From assembly GCA_002189035.1 (NCBI GenBank), contig NEEC01000008.1, positions 1,860,001 to 1,924,000 of the forward strand: a DNA stretch of 64,000 bases. The letters are read 5' to 3'. The stretch comes from Utricularia gibba. Its lineage: Eukaryota; Plantae; Magnoliophyta. Below are positions 39,601 through 53,400 of this stretch, in pieces (within the stretch, counting starts at the first letter, position 1; the number at the start of each line of letters is the position of its first letter). The position numbers and the translations under genes are program-made. The notes beneath the pieces were generated by a model. The model did not search any database. It was not told where the DNA came from and was given only the letters and a program-made list of their open reading frames with translations.

Positions 39601-41002
39601 TTTCAATCCAGCAGCAAAAGTTCCAGCCAAGCCATGAACCCTTTGTGCAATAGTTTTTAACCCATCTGGTCCATGATAAACGGCATACATCGCAGCCATA
39701 TTAGCAAGCAAAGCCTGCATATGAGGCGAAAATGGTGCCTTCTGTCACAATCTTATTTGGAAAAGATTTACAATCCATTTGGAACAAAGGAACACTGCGA
39801 ACCTGAGCCGTGCAAATGTTACTTGTTGCCTTGTCACGACGAATATGCTGCTCTCTTGTTTGCATGGCCATACGGAGAGCAGGTTTACCTGATGAATCGA
39901 CACTGACACCGATAATCCTTCCTGGCATCATCCTTTTGTACTCTTGGGATGTAGCTAAAAAAGCTGCATGAGGTCCTCCATATCCCATCGGTACCCCAAA
40001 TCTCTGTGCTGATCCAACCACAATATCGGCACCAAATTCTCCCGGTGGCTTCAACACAGTCAAGGCTAACAGATCAGAAGCCATGACAACCTTCACCCCA
40101 TTAGCATGAGCTTTTTCTATGAACTCCTTGTAATCCAATACCTCGCCCTCAGTACCCGGGTACTGAACAAGCACGCCACAAACATCTCCTGACTTGTAAT
40201 CAATATCCTTAACATCTGAGACAACAACTTTGAGATCAAATCCGTCAGCTCGAGTCACACAAACATCAACTGTCTGAGGATGGCAATTGCTGGCAATGAT
40301 AAAGGTCTTCTTCTTCCCCTTTTGAATATTGTTACACATGGCCATAGCCTCAGCTGCAGCCGTCCCCTCGTCGAGTAAAGATGCATTTGACATAGGCAAA
40401 CCAGTGAGGTCTGTGATCATGGTCTGGAAGTTCAACAAAGACTCAAGCCTCCCTTGTGAGATCTCGGCCTGATAAGGCGTATACTGGGTGTACCAGGCAG
40501 GGTTCTCCATTATATTCCTCAATATAACAGGGGGCACAAAGGTGTTGTAATACCCCATCCCAATATATGATTTGAACACCTTGTTTTTTGATGCTAAATC
40601 CTGCATATGAGCAACCATCTGCGACTCTGTTAACCCTCCATCGAATACGGGCAACTTCATCTTATTAGCCCGAATGGATTTCGGCACAGTGGCATCAATG
40701 AGAGCATCAACGGTCTCGAACCCAATAAACTCTACCATCTTAGATTGCTCCTCCGGCGTCGCTGAGTTGTGCCGGCGAGGAAAAGTATCACTGGGTTTCA
40801 GAGATTCGATTGAAATGGAACGAGATCCCACGAACTGAGCCAAGGTCCTAACTTTGAAACCATGAACATCGGAAACTCTCGTGCCACTTGGAGGTAATGA
40901 AGAAACAAACCTCGTTGGTCTACACAACGGCTGCTGCTGCTTAGAAGCTGAAACCAGTCGCCTAACAATGGCCCCGTTAGCCAATTTTCTTGCCCGGTCC
41001 AT
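36690..41002 (-). CDS. GLDP: Glycine decarboxylase complex P-protein, mitochondrial
   Basis: Presequence [18 protein letters not shown]; [15 protein letters not shown]; [20 protein letters not shown]; [18 protein letters not shown]; PLP-lysine motif [24 protein letters not shown]; ends [15 protein letters not shown]...*. Confidence 0.99.
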
Positions 41003-41820
41003 TTTGGGAAGGAGCAAGATACAATTTTTTTCACCACCCCAGAGAAAATGGACACTCTTGGTGTGAGAAAATGGCTCCTTCACATAGGCAGAGGATGGAT
41101 GGTGGATCTAGATATATAGTAATCCATTTAAAAATGAGAAATAGAAGTCTGCTAGATATTCATCCGAAATGCACACATCCAGATCCGGTGGCCGATGCTG
41201 ACGCGGAATCTGTAACCATAATAAAAGCTCAGCTATGCATGCATAAATATGTGGTTGCTGCGAAAATATGGCAATGCGAGATTGAATGAATGAATTGGAA
41301 CGAATGGGAAAGGATTGAGATTCAATGGCTCACATTTTTATGCAGAAACGACAATGGAAAAAACACCGGCCCCATGAAAATTTGTAGGGGTGATGAGTGT
41401 CCTGCTTGGCATCTCCTCCTCCAAGTTTGGCTTATCTTCTTCTTCATTCTCCTCGCGATACGCCTGACAACTGGGAAGAAGCAAATCTTCTTGATTGATT
41501 CACATGCCACGGATAACCAAAGGTTTCCGTTTTCGCATCATACAAACCACTCAATTTCATCCCAGACTTGCAAAATATCTACTTGCCTGTAAGAATACTT
41601 GATACCCACTCGTCTTACAGATGGCAGTGGGAAGCTTGGTCCTTAAAACCACCTGCCCTAATTCAGTTTAGGGAACCCATTGATAGTCATCATCATGCAA
41701 CATGCATGAGGGTGATACAAATGCAGGTTGTTGTGTTGTGAATTCTACCTGAACAAAGCTGTGCATAGCACAGGGTTTGGACATAGGATGACTCCGTCCG
41801 GGTAGGAGCCGGAAGATTCC

Positions 41821-42395
41821 TCAGTAGCGGTATTTGGTGGAGTAGACTTTGGGAGCGATGACGAGGCCACGTTCCTTCCTTGCGCCACGATACAACGTTT
41901 CAACGATGTGGATGAACTCCTGCTTATCCTTCAGTGCCCAGTTGATCTTGTTGTTGTCCCCGGATCGATCATTATGTGTTTGTTCCTGAAGACCGTCGAA
42001 GGATTGTACAGTTCGTACATCTTGTTGAAATCCGGCACTTCTGTGATGTCAACAAGATATATCATTGCGAAGTTCTCGATCGTACCCGCCACCGAGGCCA
42101 GCACCTCAAATCAATACAGTGTGATCAGACCGCCCGAACCCTACTTCGATGCCAAATATTAAACGGACCTCAAACGCATCCCCAATTCCGAAAAGACAAT
42201 GGTAGCTACTTCAACTACAAACGCGAAGGTTACGAAGAACCAATTGGGTAAAATGAAGTCGTTTAACTCGAAATTACCTGCATACAAGTTTCATCCCAAT
42301 CATGTCCGAAGCGAATGATAACTAGGCGCTCCTCCTCCGCGAGGATCCCCTGATCGACGGCCAGCCGGAGTGAAGATGCGGCAGCAGTATGACAT
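41821..42395 (-). pseudogene. YLS8: Decayed DIM1/YLS8 (TXNL4A, U5 snRNP thioredoxin-like protein)
   Basis: Allowing frameshifts, it reads MSY(L)LPHLHSGW(A)VDQGILAEEERLVIIRFGHDWDETCMQ / EVLASVAGTIENFAMIYLVDITEVPDFNKMYELYNPSTV---FRNKHIMID..NNNKINWALKDKQEFIHIVETLYRGARKERGLVIAPKVYSTKYRY*. There are several deletions and substitutions relative to the remembered DIM1 consensus. Confidence 0.85.
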
Positions 42396-43067
42396 GGTTT
42401 CGTGAAGTTGCTTGCAAAACACGTTGGGCCTTATTCTTTTCCATGTTCTTACTTTGGGCCTGGGTCGAAAGAGACATCACACTTCTGGGAAAAAGACAAC
42501 TCAACGCACATGAGACAGAAATTGCGGGCAGTCGCGGGCAGCGGAGATGGCTCCACTGCTATCGCCAATGGGAAACTTATCCGGAAGAAGAGAATGAACT
42601 TGAAAAGACGGCGGATTCGATAAGTTGACGACTCATGATTAAATTTCTTTGGGTATCTGTATAGAACTCTGCAGATTTGGCGCATGCTGTGAGTTTTTTC
42701 ATGGTTTTATGCGATGATTGTAGAGCCAATCCGAAAGAATCTTCAGTGAACATCAACAGCCCCTTTCGTACTTGATTTTTCATGGTTGCGATTATTTTTT
42801 TCTCTATGTAGTTTCGTGCATTTTGGGGGTTCATCTGGGATTTGAATTGTGAAATCCGAGAATCTATGGCCATTGTCTGAGATTGCAAGAGACAAGGGTT
42901 GTGTATGTCGAGGTTAAACCCTTTCTTCTTTGCTCTAGGGTTGCGATGCGGGAAAATGTTGGTGTAAACTATCCACATTCCTAATCATTGGGTTGTTCAA
43001 TCTTTCTTCTTGGAGAGAAATTGGAAAAGGAACTTTTGACTGTGCTTTGTGTGATCTGGGTGCAGAA

Positions 43068-46000
43068 ATGGATAGTATGTCTTCAGAACTGGAATCAGCC
43101 GAATGCAGTGACGAAGACTCTAGGCACAGTTTTCTCTTGCGGGATATTGGTGAAATTGGAGAAGCCCTTCATTTGCGTAGGACCAACCAAAAGACAAGGA
43201 AATCAATCCAATATCATCGTGAAAGTACGACTCTGGGATTAAAAACTATGCCTAAGGAGAGGAAGTCATCATTATGGAATTGGAAACCTTTGAAGACGTT
43301 GGTTCACTTTGGTCATCATCATCTTAACTGCCATTTCTTTTTGCATGTTCATGGCATCGAAGGTTTGCCCCCAGATTTCAACAACTTAAACATGTGTGTG
43401 ACTTGGAAAAGGAAATCTGAAATTTTGAGAACGCGCTCTGTGAGGGTGCGCGCTGGAGTTGCAGAGTTCGAAGAGACACTCACACATCAAAGTAGTATAA
43501 GCTACAGCTCTACAGGTTCCCATCAATCAGTCAGATACGAGCAAAAGATCTTTTTGGTGCGCCCCCTAGTTATTGAGGCCCCATCGCTTGACATCGGTAT
43601 TCAATGGATTGATCTAAGCAGGCTACTTCCCCTTACACTGGGGGAGTTAGATAAGGATGATAGGAGATCAGGAAAATGGACAACCAGCTTTAATCTTAAT
43701 GGCAAGGCGAAATCTGCTGTTCTAAATGTCAGTTTAGGATTTTCTCTTGCTGCTGTTAATTCATCTGGTAGCCATTTTGTGAAAAAATCTGCCAGTATGA
43801 TTAAAGGTGGATCCAATGCTTTTGCTGAACAGACCACCCGCAGGCCACTAAATCTTGATAGTGTTTCTACATTTTCACCTACAGCATCACCATATCCATA
43901 CCAGTCTTCAAATATAAAGCTTCTTGATGGGGCAACTCGAAATAGACATTCTGAGCTTTCAAGCTCACTTTCTCTGCTATATCAGAAACTCGAGGAGGGG
44001 AGGGTGCATGATCATAGAGATGATGGCCAATGTTTTGAGGATACTAAGGATCTTAATCCAGTGTCGCTCTTATCAGATGACCCTTTCGTTCAAGTGCTCA
44101 AGGATTTGGAGTTTGATGTCATCGGGCAAGGTATTGAAATTGTGAAAGGTCAATTAGAAACAGAAAAAACTTCCAGTATAGATCTTGGGGTTTCTTCATT
44201 TGAAGCCATCGATGATGCTGAAGTTTTGAAGGAAGAAAAGAGATTGTGTAATAAGAACCTGGAATTAGACACTGTGCTTGTTCCAGATGCTCATGATCGG
44301 AATCCTTCTGAAGGTGTTGAACATGAACAAAGTAGCACATTTATTCCCTTTGAGGACCTTGATTCAGCTTTATATGATGCATTGGTGCAGTTCGATATGA
44401 GGAAGTATGATGAGCCAAAAACTGAGGATTCCATGCGCAGTTGCAGAGCAGAGAGACTAATAAGGTCAGGCAGCTTGAATGATATTGCAGAATCAATTGA
44501 AAACGATTTTCTTGCCATGTTGAACATTGGGTCTAGTCCAGATAATTTGGATTCTGATTTGAGTTGTCACCAGCCAGGAGATGTGGTTGGGCAGCTTGAA
44601 GAGCACCCTAGATCATATGGAAGGTCTACTAAGAAAGCCGATTCTTCCGGTGGAAGTAAGAAAGTCAAATTTGTAGATGATATTGATTTGACACTTTCTC
44701 CTGCGCCAGTGGAGAAGAAATCTGGTGATGAAAGTCCATCTCTAAGGAGCAGGCGCAATGCCGAGGTCCTTGAGAACTTGGAAGCAGAAGCTTTAATGCA
44801 TGAGTGGGGCTTGAAAGAAGAGGCCTTTCAGTATTGTCCGCGCATAAGTTCTGGAGGATTTGGCAGTCCAGTATCTATTCCGGCTGAAGTGCCCATTAAC
44901 TTGCCCCCTATTGAAGAGGGCCTGGGTCCTATAATTAGGACAAAGGATGGAGGCTTCTTGAGGTCGTTGAGTCCATTTCTTTTCCGAAATGTCAACAATG
45001 GTGCCAGGCTACTCGTACAAATCTCCGCTCCTGTATTGCTACCATCTAAAATGGGATGTCATAACATTTTAGAATTGCTGCAGAGGTGGGCATCTGGTGG
45101 AGTTCAAAGGATGTGCATGCAGATGGATGAGTTGATGCCTTTGGAAGATGTCACAGGAAAGACATTGCTGCAAGTGCTCGATCAAGCTGAATCGGCATAT
45201 GGTGCTTTTACTCGGTATGCTGTTTCTATAATATGTTGGCTCTGTTGTTTGGCAGGTTGTATAACAATGTTACATTAGATTTGGTGCATTAGATAATAAA
45301 AGACGCAGAAATTGATGAGGGGTAGTTTAATTTGGCATGAGAGCTAGGTTATTGTCTCCACATTCTAAATTTTTTCATACCTGCGCTTCACCTGGATATA
45401 ACTCTCTTTCATCTTCCTGATAAAATGTCACAGCAGCAATATGTACGATGCTGAAGACCCTCATGCTGATCATATAAACCTGGACCCCGAGTCATTTGAG
45501 GATCTAGTTCCAGTGTGCATGACGCACATTGAAGGGCTTTTAATCGAAGGACTTAAGATTCAGTCCGGCATGGCGAACCAAGAGCCACCACCGCAGATAA
45601 CCCTACCTTCTGAAGAGGTGTCAGGCTTTCCGGGTCTGGATGATGATGAATTCATAAAATGCTCGTTGCACATGAAGCAGTGGATAACACTGGATTCTGG
45701 GACGAGACCAGAACGTCTCCAAAGTAACTTCATAATGGCTCTCAAAGTGCAGCTCAGAGACCCTCTACGTGACTACGAAAAGGTTGGCTACCCCATGCTT
45801 GCTCTGATTCAGGCTGAAAAGGTTAAGGCTTCCGCAGTGCATCCCTCGGATCTTCTCTTCAATTTATCTGATGCCCATGTCGCTGGACTGAATCTGCTGC
45901 AAGGGAAGAAAGAGCTCTGGGGCAGCAGCAGACAGCACCAAACTGGCTCCCGTTGGTTGCTTTCTAGTGGCATGGTTAGGGCTACCAAGAAAAACACGCA

Positions 46001-46187
46001 TCTTCACCACAGTCTCTCAGTTAGCAGCAACTCTTCCTCGGGAATTCTCACAAAGAGCAAGGCTGCTGCAGGTAATGCTTTGTGGAGCATCTGTAGTCCA
46101 AATGAAGGCGAAGAACCAACTGAATGGAATGAACGAATTGAGCTGAGCGTCCATACCAGAAATCCTGATATAATATTTCCCTGTTGA
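43068..46187 (+). CDS. PMIR: PLASTID MOVEMENT IMPAIRED 1-RELATED protein (NT-C2/EEIG1 domain); exons 43068-45214 and 45434-46187
   Basis: KSSLWNWKPLKTL...FFLHVHGIEGLP...CVTWKRK...AEFEETL; IDLSRLLPLTL; SGKWTTSFNLNGKAKSAVLNVSLGF; LENLEAEALMHEWGLKEEAF; TKDGGFLRSLSPFLF; EGLKIQSGM; ends RNPDIIFPC*. Closest to a PMIR2-like type from memory. Confidence 0.9.
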
Positions 46188-47235
46188 TTGTGCAGCAGCG
46201 AGCCACGTGTGAGGGGTGTTGTTGGCTCGACAAATTTAGAAAAAAAAAGTTAAGTTTTTTTAATATTATATATATCTTATTCGAATTATACATTATTTTT
46301 TTTAAAAAAAAATCAATGGTCAAAACCCTAGTCGGGGGTTTTACCAATCCGGCTCGCCTCCACATATTTTGGCAGACAAAATTGTTTGCACAAAAAATGC
46401 TTTCTTTTTACAGGGATTTTTCATGCTTTTTAATTATTTTTAATTTTGCAATTTAACAATATGTTATTGTAATATACATATATTTCGTCTGCAAAAAAAT
46501 GAGATTCTTCAATTCATGACGTGTACAGTCAAACTGACCTTTTAAAAACCATGTAAAAAAGCGACAACTAATGAATAGCATTCTGTAATATAATATTAAC
46601 GAGGTAAATTCAAAATTGAATATCAAGAAAATATTATTAAGAAATTCCACACGTTTTATTTTTTTTATTGACGTATTTATTGTAACATAACATTAGTATT
46701 ATTGTTGTGGTTAACACGTTGATACACATGAAGCACAAAATGTATGTTTTTTTAAAGAGAGAACGTAGAGGAATGATACTCCTTTTTTTTTTCTTCTTTT
46801 AAATTGGCCGGGAAGAAGAAAGGAATCCATTTGTGAGTTTCTTCCTTCTTCTGGTAGGTGGGGCTTCAGTTTATTCCGCTCCTTGTACCTGGCTGCTGGT
46901 GCGTCTCTGCCTTTTTTCTTTTCCATCAACTTGTAGTTCTTGAGGGGTAAAATTTTGTGCACTTCTGTGTGTTTCTTAAGCGGAGGTTTGAAGTCCCCAC
47001 ATTTCGACAGGTCAAGCCCCAATATCTACTGTGCAGTGTCTTCTTGTTTCCCGGTTCTTTTTTTCTTTTTTGTCGTTAAATTAAAGCTTTGCAAATGAAG
47101 TGTTATGATTTTGTTTTCTCATGTTTGGTGTGCGGACTATCACCTTGTGCAGTCGATTGTGCAGCTTCGGGGTCTTGGAGGAAGCTACTAAGTAAAGTAA
47201 TTTGTTTTCCTGTTTCTTTTTATCCATTTCAGCAT

Positions 47236-49748
47236 ATGGAGGAAAACTGCAGAGCTAGGAAGAGTCAGGAGGATGTTGTCACAATGGAGCACCAGAGAAG
47301 TCCAGGGATATAATTATCAGCATTTCTAGGGAGGATGATGCTCCCAAAGTTCTAGCCTCATATAAAAAGCATGAATCCCCTCAGAACGTGTCATTTGTTT
47401 CACCGGTTGGAGACGAAAAATTGGGGGCTATAAATTGCGCTTCTCCAGCTACTAGGCCACCCAAAATACCATCATCTGTAAGCCTCACCAGGAGAAAATC
47501 CTTATCAAGATCTACTTTTTCGAAACCGAAGTCTAGATTTGGTGAACAGTCTGTGTTAGTTGATAATCATGTTCGTCAAGAAAATGAAGTGACCGTGGAT
47601 GGTGATTTGCTGGTTACTGCTGAAACACCACAGCCACCATCTGGCGGTGCACAAGATGAGCATGAGGAAATATATAAGAAGGTTAAGAGCAAGAGGAAGT
47701 TGAAGTATAGACAGGTGAAAGTTAAGGCTTTGATAGAGTGGCTGCTGTTTCTATGTATTCTCGGTTGTTTGATAGCAAGCTTTTTTGTTCATAAATTGCG
47801 GGATTTGCGAATATGGGGCTTGTATATGTGGAAGTGGTGTGTGCTTGTTTTGGTGACCTTCAGTGGCCTGTTGGTTACTAGATGGTTGATGACACTTGCT
47901 GTTCTGCTGATCGAGCTGAATTTTCTGCTTAGAAAGAAAGTGCTTTACTTTGTCTACGGGCTGAAGAGGAGTGTTCAGGTCTTTCTCTGGTTAGCTGTGG
48001 TGCTTGTAACTTGGATCCTGTTATTCAATGAAAGTGTGCAGGAGTTCCGAACTGCTTCCCGTATTCTCAACTTCATAACTTGGAGCATTGGTTCATTTCT
48101 TATTGGATCATTTCTATGGCTGTTGAAGACCTTACTGCTGAAGATATTGGCTTCCACATTTCACGTGAACACTTTCTTTGATCGGATTCAAGAAGCAATC
48201 TGTCATCAGTACATACTATTGACACTCTCAGGTCCACCTGTTATGGAATCAGAACAGATGTTTGGAAGAACTAGCAGCAATGCAAATCAGCTCAATGTTC
48301 GGATCACTAAGAAGGGTAAAGAAGGGTCATCCAAGGAAAAAAGAACGGTTGACATAAGTAAACTCCATGAAATGAAGCAGGACAAGGTATCAGCATGGAC
48401 CATGAAGATGCTTGTTGACCTTGTTTCTAATTCTGGGCTTACCACAATTTCAACATCAATTGAAGAAAGCTTTTACAATGGAAGTAATGAACACACAGAT
48501 AAGGAGATAACAAACGAGGAGGAGGCTATTGCTGCTGCATATGACATATTCCGGAATGTTGCTAGACCTGGTTGCACGTGAGTTTCTCATTTGACTGCAA
48601 TGTTGGTAATCTATCAATCTTTTGTTTTAAAACTATGAGTCCCTGTTTGTGCAGGTACCTTGAGCAACTTGATTTTCAAAGGTTTATGATCAAAGAAGAA
48701 GCTGACTTAGTTTTCCCGATGATTGATGTCACTGATAGTGGAAAAATAGACAGAAAATGTTTAACCGAATGGGTGGTATGCTCAATATTTTCTTCTCATT
48801 GTTCATCAGCAGGAGTACAAGCAAAATACATAAGAACACCCTCCTGCCTTGCTTTTTTTTTCTTGTGCAGCTGAAGGTTTACAAGGACCGGAAAACGCTA
48901 GCTCATGCTCTGAATGACACGAAGACAGCAGTGAAGCAGCTGAACAAACTCATCTCTGGAATTTTGGTCGTCCTCACCATAATATTATGGCTTCTCCTTA
49001 CTGGAATAGCAACCACGAGAATCATCCTCTTCCTGTCATCACAGCTTGTCTTGGTTGCATTCATGTTTGGCAACACCTGCAAGACTATATTCGAAGCTAT
49101 CATCTTCGTGTTTGTAATGCATCCATTCGATGTGGGTGATCGTTGCGTTGTGGATGGTGTTCAGGTAAGCCTCCTGCATCACCCTTCTTTCATTCCACCC
49201 GTTCCTCTTTACCCTGGTGCATATTCAACTCCGCAGATGGTCGTGGAAGAGATGAACATCTTGACAACTGTGTTTCTGAGGTTCGACAATGAGAAAATAT
49301 ATTACCCCAACTACGTGCTGGCTTCCAAGCCCATCAGCAACTTCCACCGCAGTCCGGACATGAGCGATTCTCTCGAATTCTCCATTGCCTTCAGCACATC
49401 CATGGAGAAAATCGGCTCCCTGAAAGAGCGAATCAAGAAGTAAAACTTTCTTATCTAGTCGGTGAAGCAAACAATCGACCAACTGTTGGTTGTCTGACAT
49501 GAAATTTCAGGTACCTGGAGACGAATCCACAGCACTGGCATCCCAACCACAACCTGGTCGTCAAGGAAATCGAAGATGTGAACAAGATAAAGATGATCCT
49601 CTACTTCAACCACACCATGAACTTCCAAGACATCGGAGAGAAGAACAGACGCCGCACCGACCTCGTTCTTGAGCTCAAGAAGATCCTCGAAGAGCTGTCC
49701 ATACGATACGATCTTCTTCCCCAGCAGATTCATCTCTCTGATCGTTGA
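47236..49748 (+). CDS. MSL10: MscS-like mechanosensitive channel, MSL9/10 type, 5 exons; probable 1-nt deletion near the start
   Basis: FSKPKSRF N-terminal motif; TM helices (WKWCVLVLVTFSGLLV, LRKKVLYFVYGLKRSVQ); FHVNTFFDRIQE; FMFGNTCKTIFEAIIFVFVMHPFDVGDRCVVDGVQ / MVVEEMNILTTVFLR..NEKIYYPN; NFHRSPDMSD. The start is inferred. Confidence 0.93.
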
Positions 49749-50455
49749 GAAACAAAATGCCTGCAATTCCCACATTAGTATCATTATTATCATTCCCAAA
49801 TATTTAATAGTTTCCAAGAAATAATCTAATATTAAATATAATGATCGTATAAATTTTGTATGAATATGATAAAAAATCATGTTTAAAATGAACTAATTTG
49901 AATATTAATGATCTTATGAAAGGTAGTGTAAAAATTAATAAAATGTAAAATTTTAAATATTTAATATTCGAAACAAATAATATTATATATGATGTGAATA
50001 TAAATCGTTAGATACATAAGACCACCCTCCCATTGATTCATGCTGTGAAATGTGAAGAATTAATTTTTTATTTTATATAAAAAAATTATAAATGAATTTT
50101 ATAAAAGGTATTGGAATGAATCTCAGGCGGTCAATGTTTATTCAACGTCGGAGGACTTTATGTAGAATCAAGTGGGCCATAGTAGAGACGTCAGGAAAAG
50201 GAGGCGTCAGAATATATAATGACAGCTTGGCTTTTTTTTTTACTTGTATTGAAAATAATTTCGTTAAAAGTAATTAATGAGGTTAACCTCATGAAATTTA
50301 CGACGAAATAAAAACTGATAGATATTCCGGGAGCAATCGATTTTGAAGTTTTCACTGTGGTATTACTGGATTTGGTTGGCAGCGGAAACCGGACGCCGGG
50401 GGTTTTAGACAAATTGGATCCTGCTCAGTGGCACTGGCTGGCTGATTCAGGCATA

Positions 50456-53400
50456 CTGGCGGCGAAGACGGGGATGGCGGCCGGTTCGGACCAGAGAAAT
50501 GAGATGGTTGGACGCCGACATGATTCCGACACTGGGGTATGCTGCGTTTACTTGTTTCCTAGCTTTTTTGTTTTTCTTTTGATGATTTTGGGTTCCAGTT
50601 AGACAGCTTGCCCACTTGTATTCTTTTCTATTTTATAAAAATGGCGATCTGGTCTATGTGGACGGAGAAGTAGGTCCCTTTCAATTTTAGTCGAGTTTCA
50701 GATTTTCATGGTCCAATGCATGTCATTTACACTTGCATTCGAGGCCTAATTTTTCCGATCCGTGAGTTCTTTTTGGTTCCAAGTTATCGTCATTCGAAAT
50801 AGGCATGATTTTTTTAAAAAAAAAAAAAAATTGAACCTCATTTTGGTATGTATGTTTTATTTTAATAGGTAGGTGCTTGCATTATACAGATGCATGTCTT
50901 GTGTATCATTGAATCCAGTGACTGATTATATTGAGCGTCTTTCATGACACAGCTAAGGCCTCTTAAGAATTTGAATGGCGGCATATGCCAAATATGTGGG
51001 GATAGTGTTTGTACTACTGCAGCTGGTGATGCGTTTGTTGCTTGCAATGAATGCGAGTACCCAGTCTGCAGACCTTGCTATGAGTATGAGCGGAAGGATG
51101 GTAATCAGTCTTGCCCCCAATGCAAGACACGGTACAAGCGGCATAAAGGTAATGCTGCTTCAGCAGGTCTCTATCTTTTGTTTTTTCCATCAGTGAAGTG
51201 GTCGTAATTGATCGTAACTCTAGGGAGTGAAAGAGTTGAGGGTGATGACGAAGAAGATGATGCTGATGATGTGGAGAATGAGTTTAGTTATTCTAAGGCC
51301 AGAAGCAAGGGAACACAACATTGGCATGGACATGATGCTGATAGTCAACCAATTCCTCTTCTTACCAATGGACATCCTGTGAGTTAACTTTTACCGGTAG
51401 TGAAGCTTATATTTCTACATTGGGTATGAATGAGTCATTCTGGAGATGCATCTAATATGGCATTTTCCTCCCATGGTGTGAGCATATGACAGGGCTCTTG
51501 TGAGATGCTTCCTTCTGTGCAAGACACCAATTCTGTCAGAAGTACTTCAGGACCTTTATGTCCTGAATACAGAACCCAGTCGATTCCGTATGTTGATCCT
51601 AGGAAACCAGGTGCCTACTTCGTAATATTTGTCAATATAATTGTAATGTGGCATAACATTGTATAAGGCAATTGAAATTGTGCCTAATTTCCGCAGTGCC
51701 TGTAAGAATTGTTGATCCCTCAAAGGATCTAAACTCATACGGACTTGGAAATGTTGACTGGAAAGAGAGGGTGGAAGGTTGGAAGCTTAAGCAGGAGAAA
51801 GACATTTTACATATGAATAATAAATACAGTGAAGGAAAAGGAGATATTGAAGGCAGTGGATCCAATGGAGAAGAGCTTCTACTGTGAGCATAGTCATTTT
51901 ATTTTCTAAAAAAAATTATGCTTGTGAGATTTCCACTTGTTTTTTTGGAATCTGTTGAATATTCTTTGCAACTTTTCATTCAATTTTGTTTCCATTTGCA
52001 CAGTCAAAATCATTCCTTCTTTGTAGTATCAAGTAGCATGCAAAGAAAGCACCTAAGCTCTTAATACTATCCTGTAGTATCTCTTATTATCCACATTCAT
52101 CAGGTTGGATGGATGTGTACTTCTTATCAGATATTTATAGACTAGTATACATTTCTGGCAGGGTTGATGATGCTCGCCAACCTTTGAGCCGCATTGTGCC
52201 CATTGATTCTTCACATCTTACTCCATACCGTATTGTTATTGTTCTTCGGCTGATTATCTTGGGCTTTTTCTTGCAATACCGGTGCACTCATCCAGTACCT
52301 GGAGCTTATCCATTGTGGCTGACATCAGTAATTTGTGAAATATGGTTTGCCTTATCATGGCTTCTCGACCAGTTTCCAAAATGGTATCCCATCAACCGTG
52401 AGACCTACATCGAGCGGCTAGCCTTGAGGTGAGTATGGTATCTACAAAAGCAACATGCTATAGATAACATGATATGACATTTGTGAGTATATGCCATTTT
52501 CAGATATGACAGAGAAGGGGAGCCTTCACAGTTAGCCCCTGTTGATGTGTTTGTGAGTACGGTGGATCCCATGAAAGAGCCTCCCCTTGTAACTGCCAAC
52601 ACAGTATTGTCAATCCTTGCTGTGGATTACCCTGTTGATAAAGTATCCTGCTATGTTTCAGACGATGGTGCTGCAATGCTGACATTTGAATCCCTTACTG
52701 AAACTGCTGATTTTGCTCGTAAATGGGTGCCTTTTTGTAAGAAACACAATATTGAGCCTAGGGCCCCTGAGTTTTATTTCGCGCAGAAGATAGATTACTT
52801 AAAGGAAAAGATTCAGCCTTCTTTTGTGAAAGAGCGCAGAGCGATGAAGGTGCATTGCAATACTCATATTGATTCCTGAACTTCTAAGTTTCAGGTCATC
52901 ATATTGTTTTTCTGTTGTATAGAGAGAGTATGAAGAATTCAAGGTACGAATCAATAGTCTTGTTGCGAAAGCTCAAAAAATGCCAGAAGATGGATGGATA
53001 ATGCAAGATGGAACTCCTTGGCCGGGGAACAATACTCGTGATCATCCGGGAATGATCCAGGTTATTGTTGTGTGATTCTATTAGTTGTTATCTTTCTTAG
53101 TCCTCAAAAGTTCTAATTCATTCATCTGGCAGGTCTTTCTTGGTCACAGTGGTGGCCTGGATACAGAAGGGAATGAAATTCCCAGATTGGTATACGTTTC
53201 TCGTGAAAAACGTCCAGGATTCCAGCATCACAAGAAAGCTGGTGCAATGAATGCTTTGGTATGCCAATGGTGATCCTTAAAGCGTTTCTTAATTTGGTTT
53301 TCTTTTTAAATAACTTTTTGTTTTCTATACCTGATTAGTTTCTCTATATTTCAGATTCGTGTGTCTGCTGTTCTTACAAATGGAGCATATCTTTTGAATG

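Noticed and set aside
41003-41800. Possible mesophyll or bundle-sheath cis-elements in the GLDP promoter
   Set aside because: I could not match the known M-box/V-box sequences reliably by eye; this needs an alignment.
42577-42978. 133-aa minus-strand ORF upstream of the DIM1 pseudogene
   Set aside because: No family resemblance; it lies in the DIM1/PMIR promoter and leader region.
46711-47022. Lys-rich 103-aa minus-strand ORF
   Set aside because: It is the antisense reading of the pyrimidine-rich MSL10 leader.
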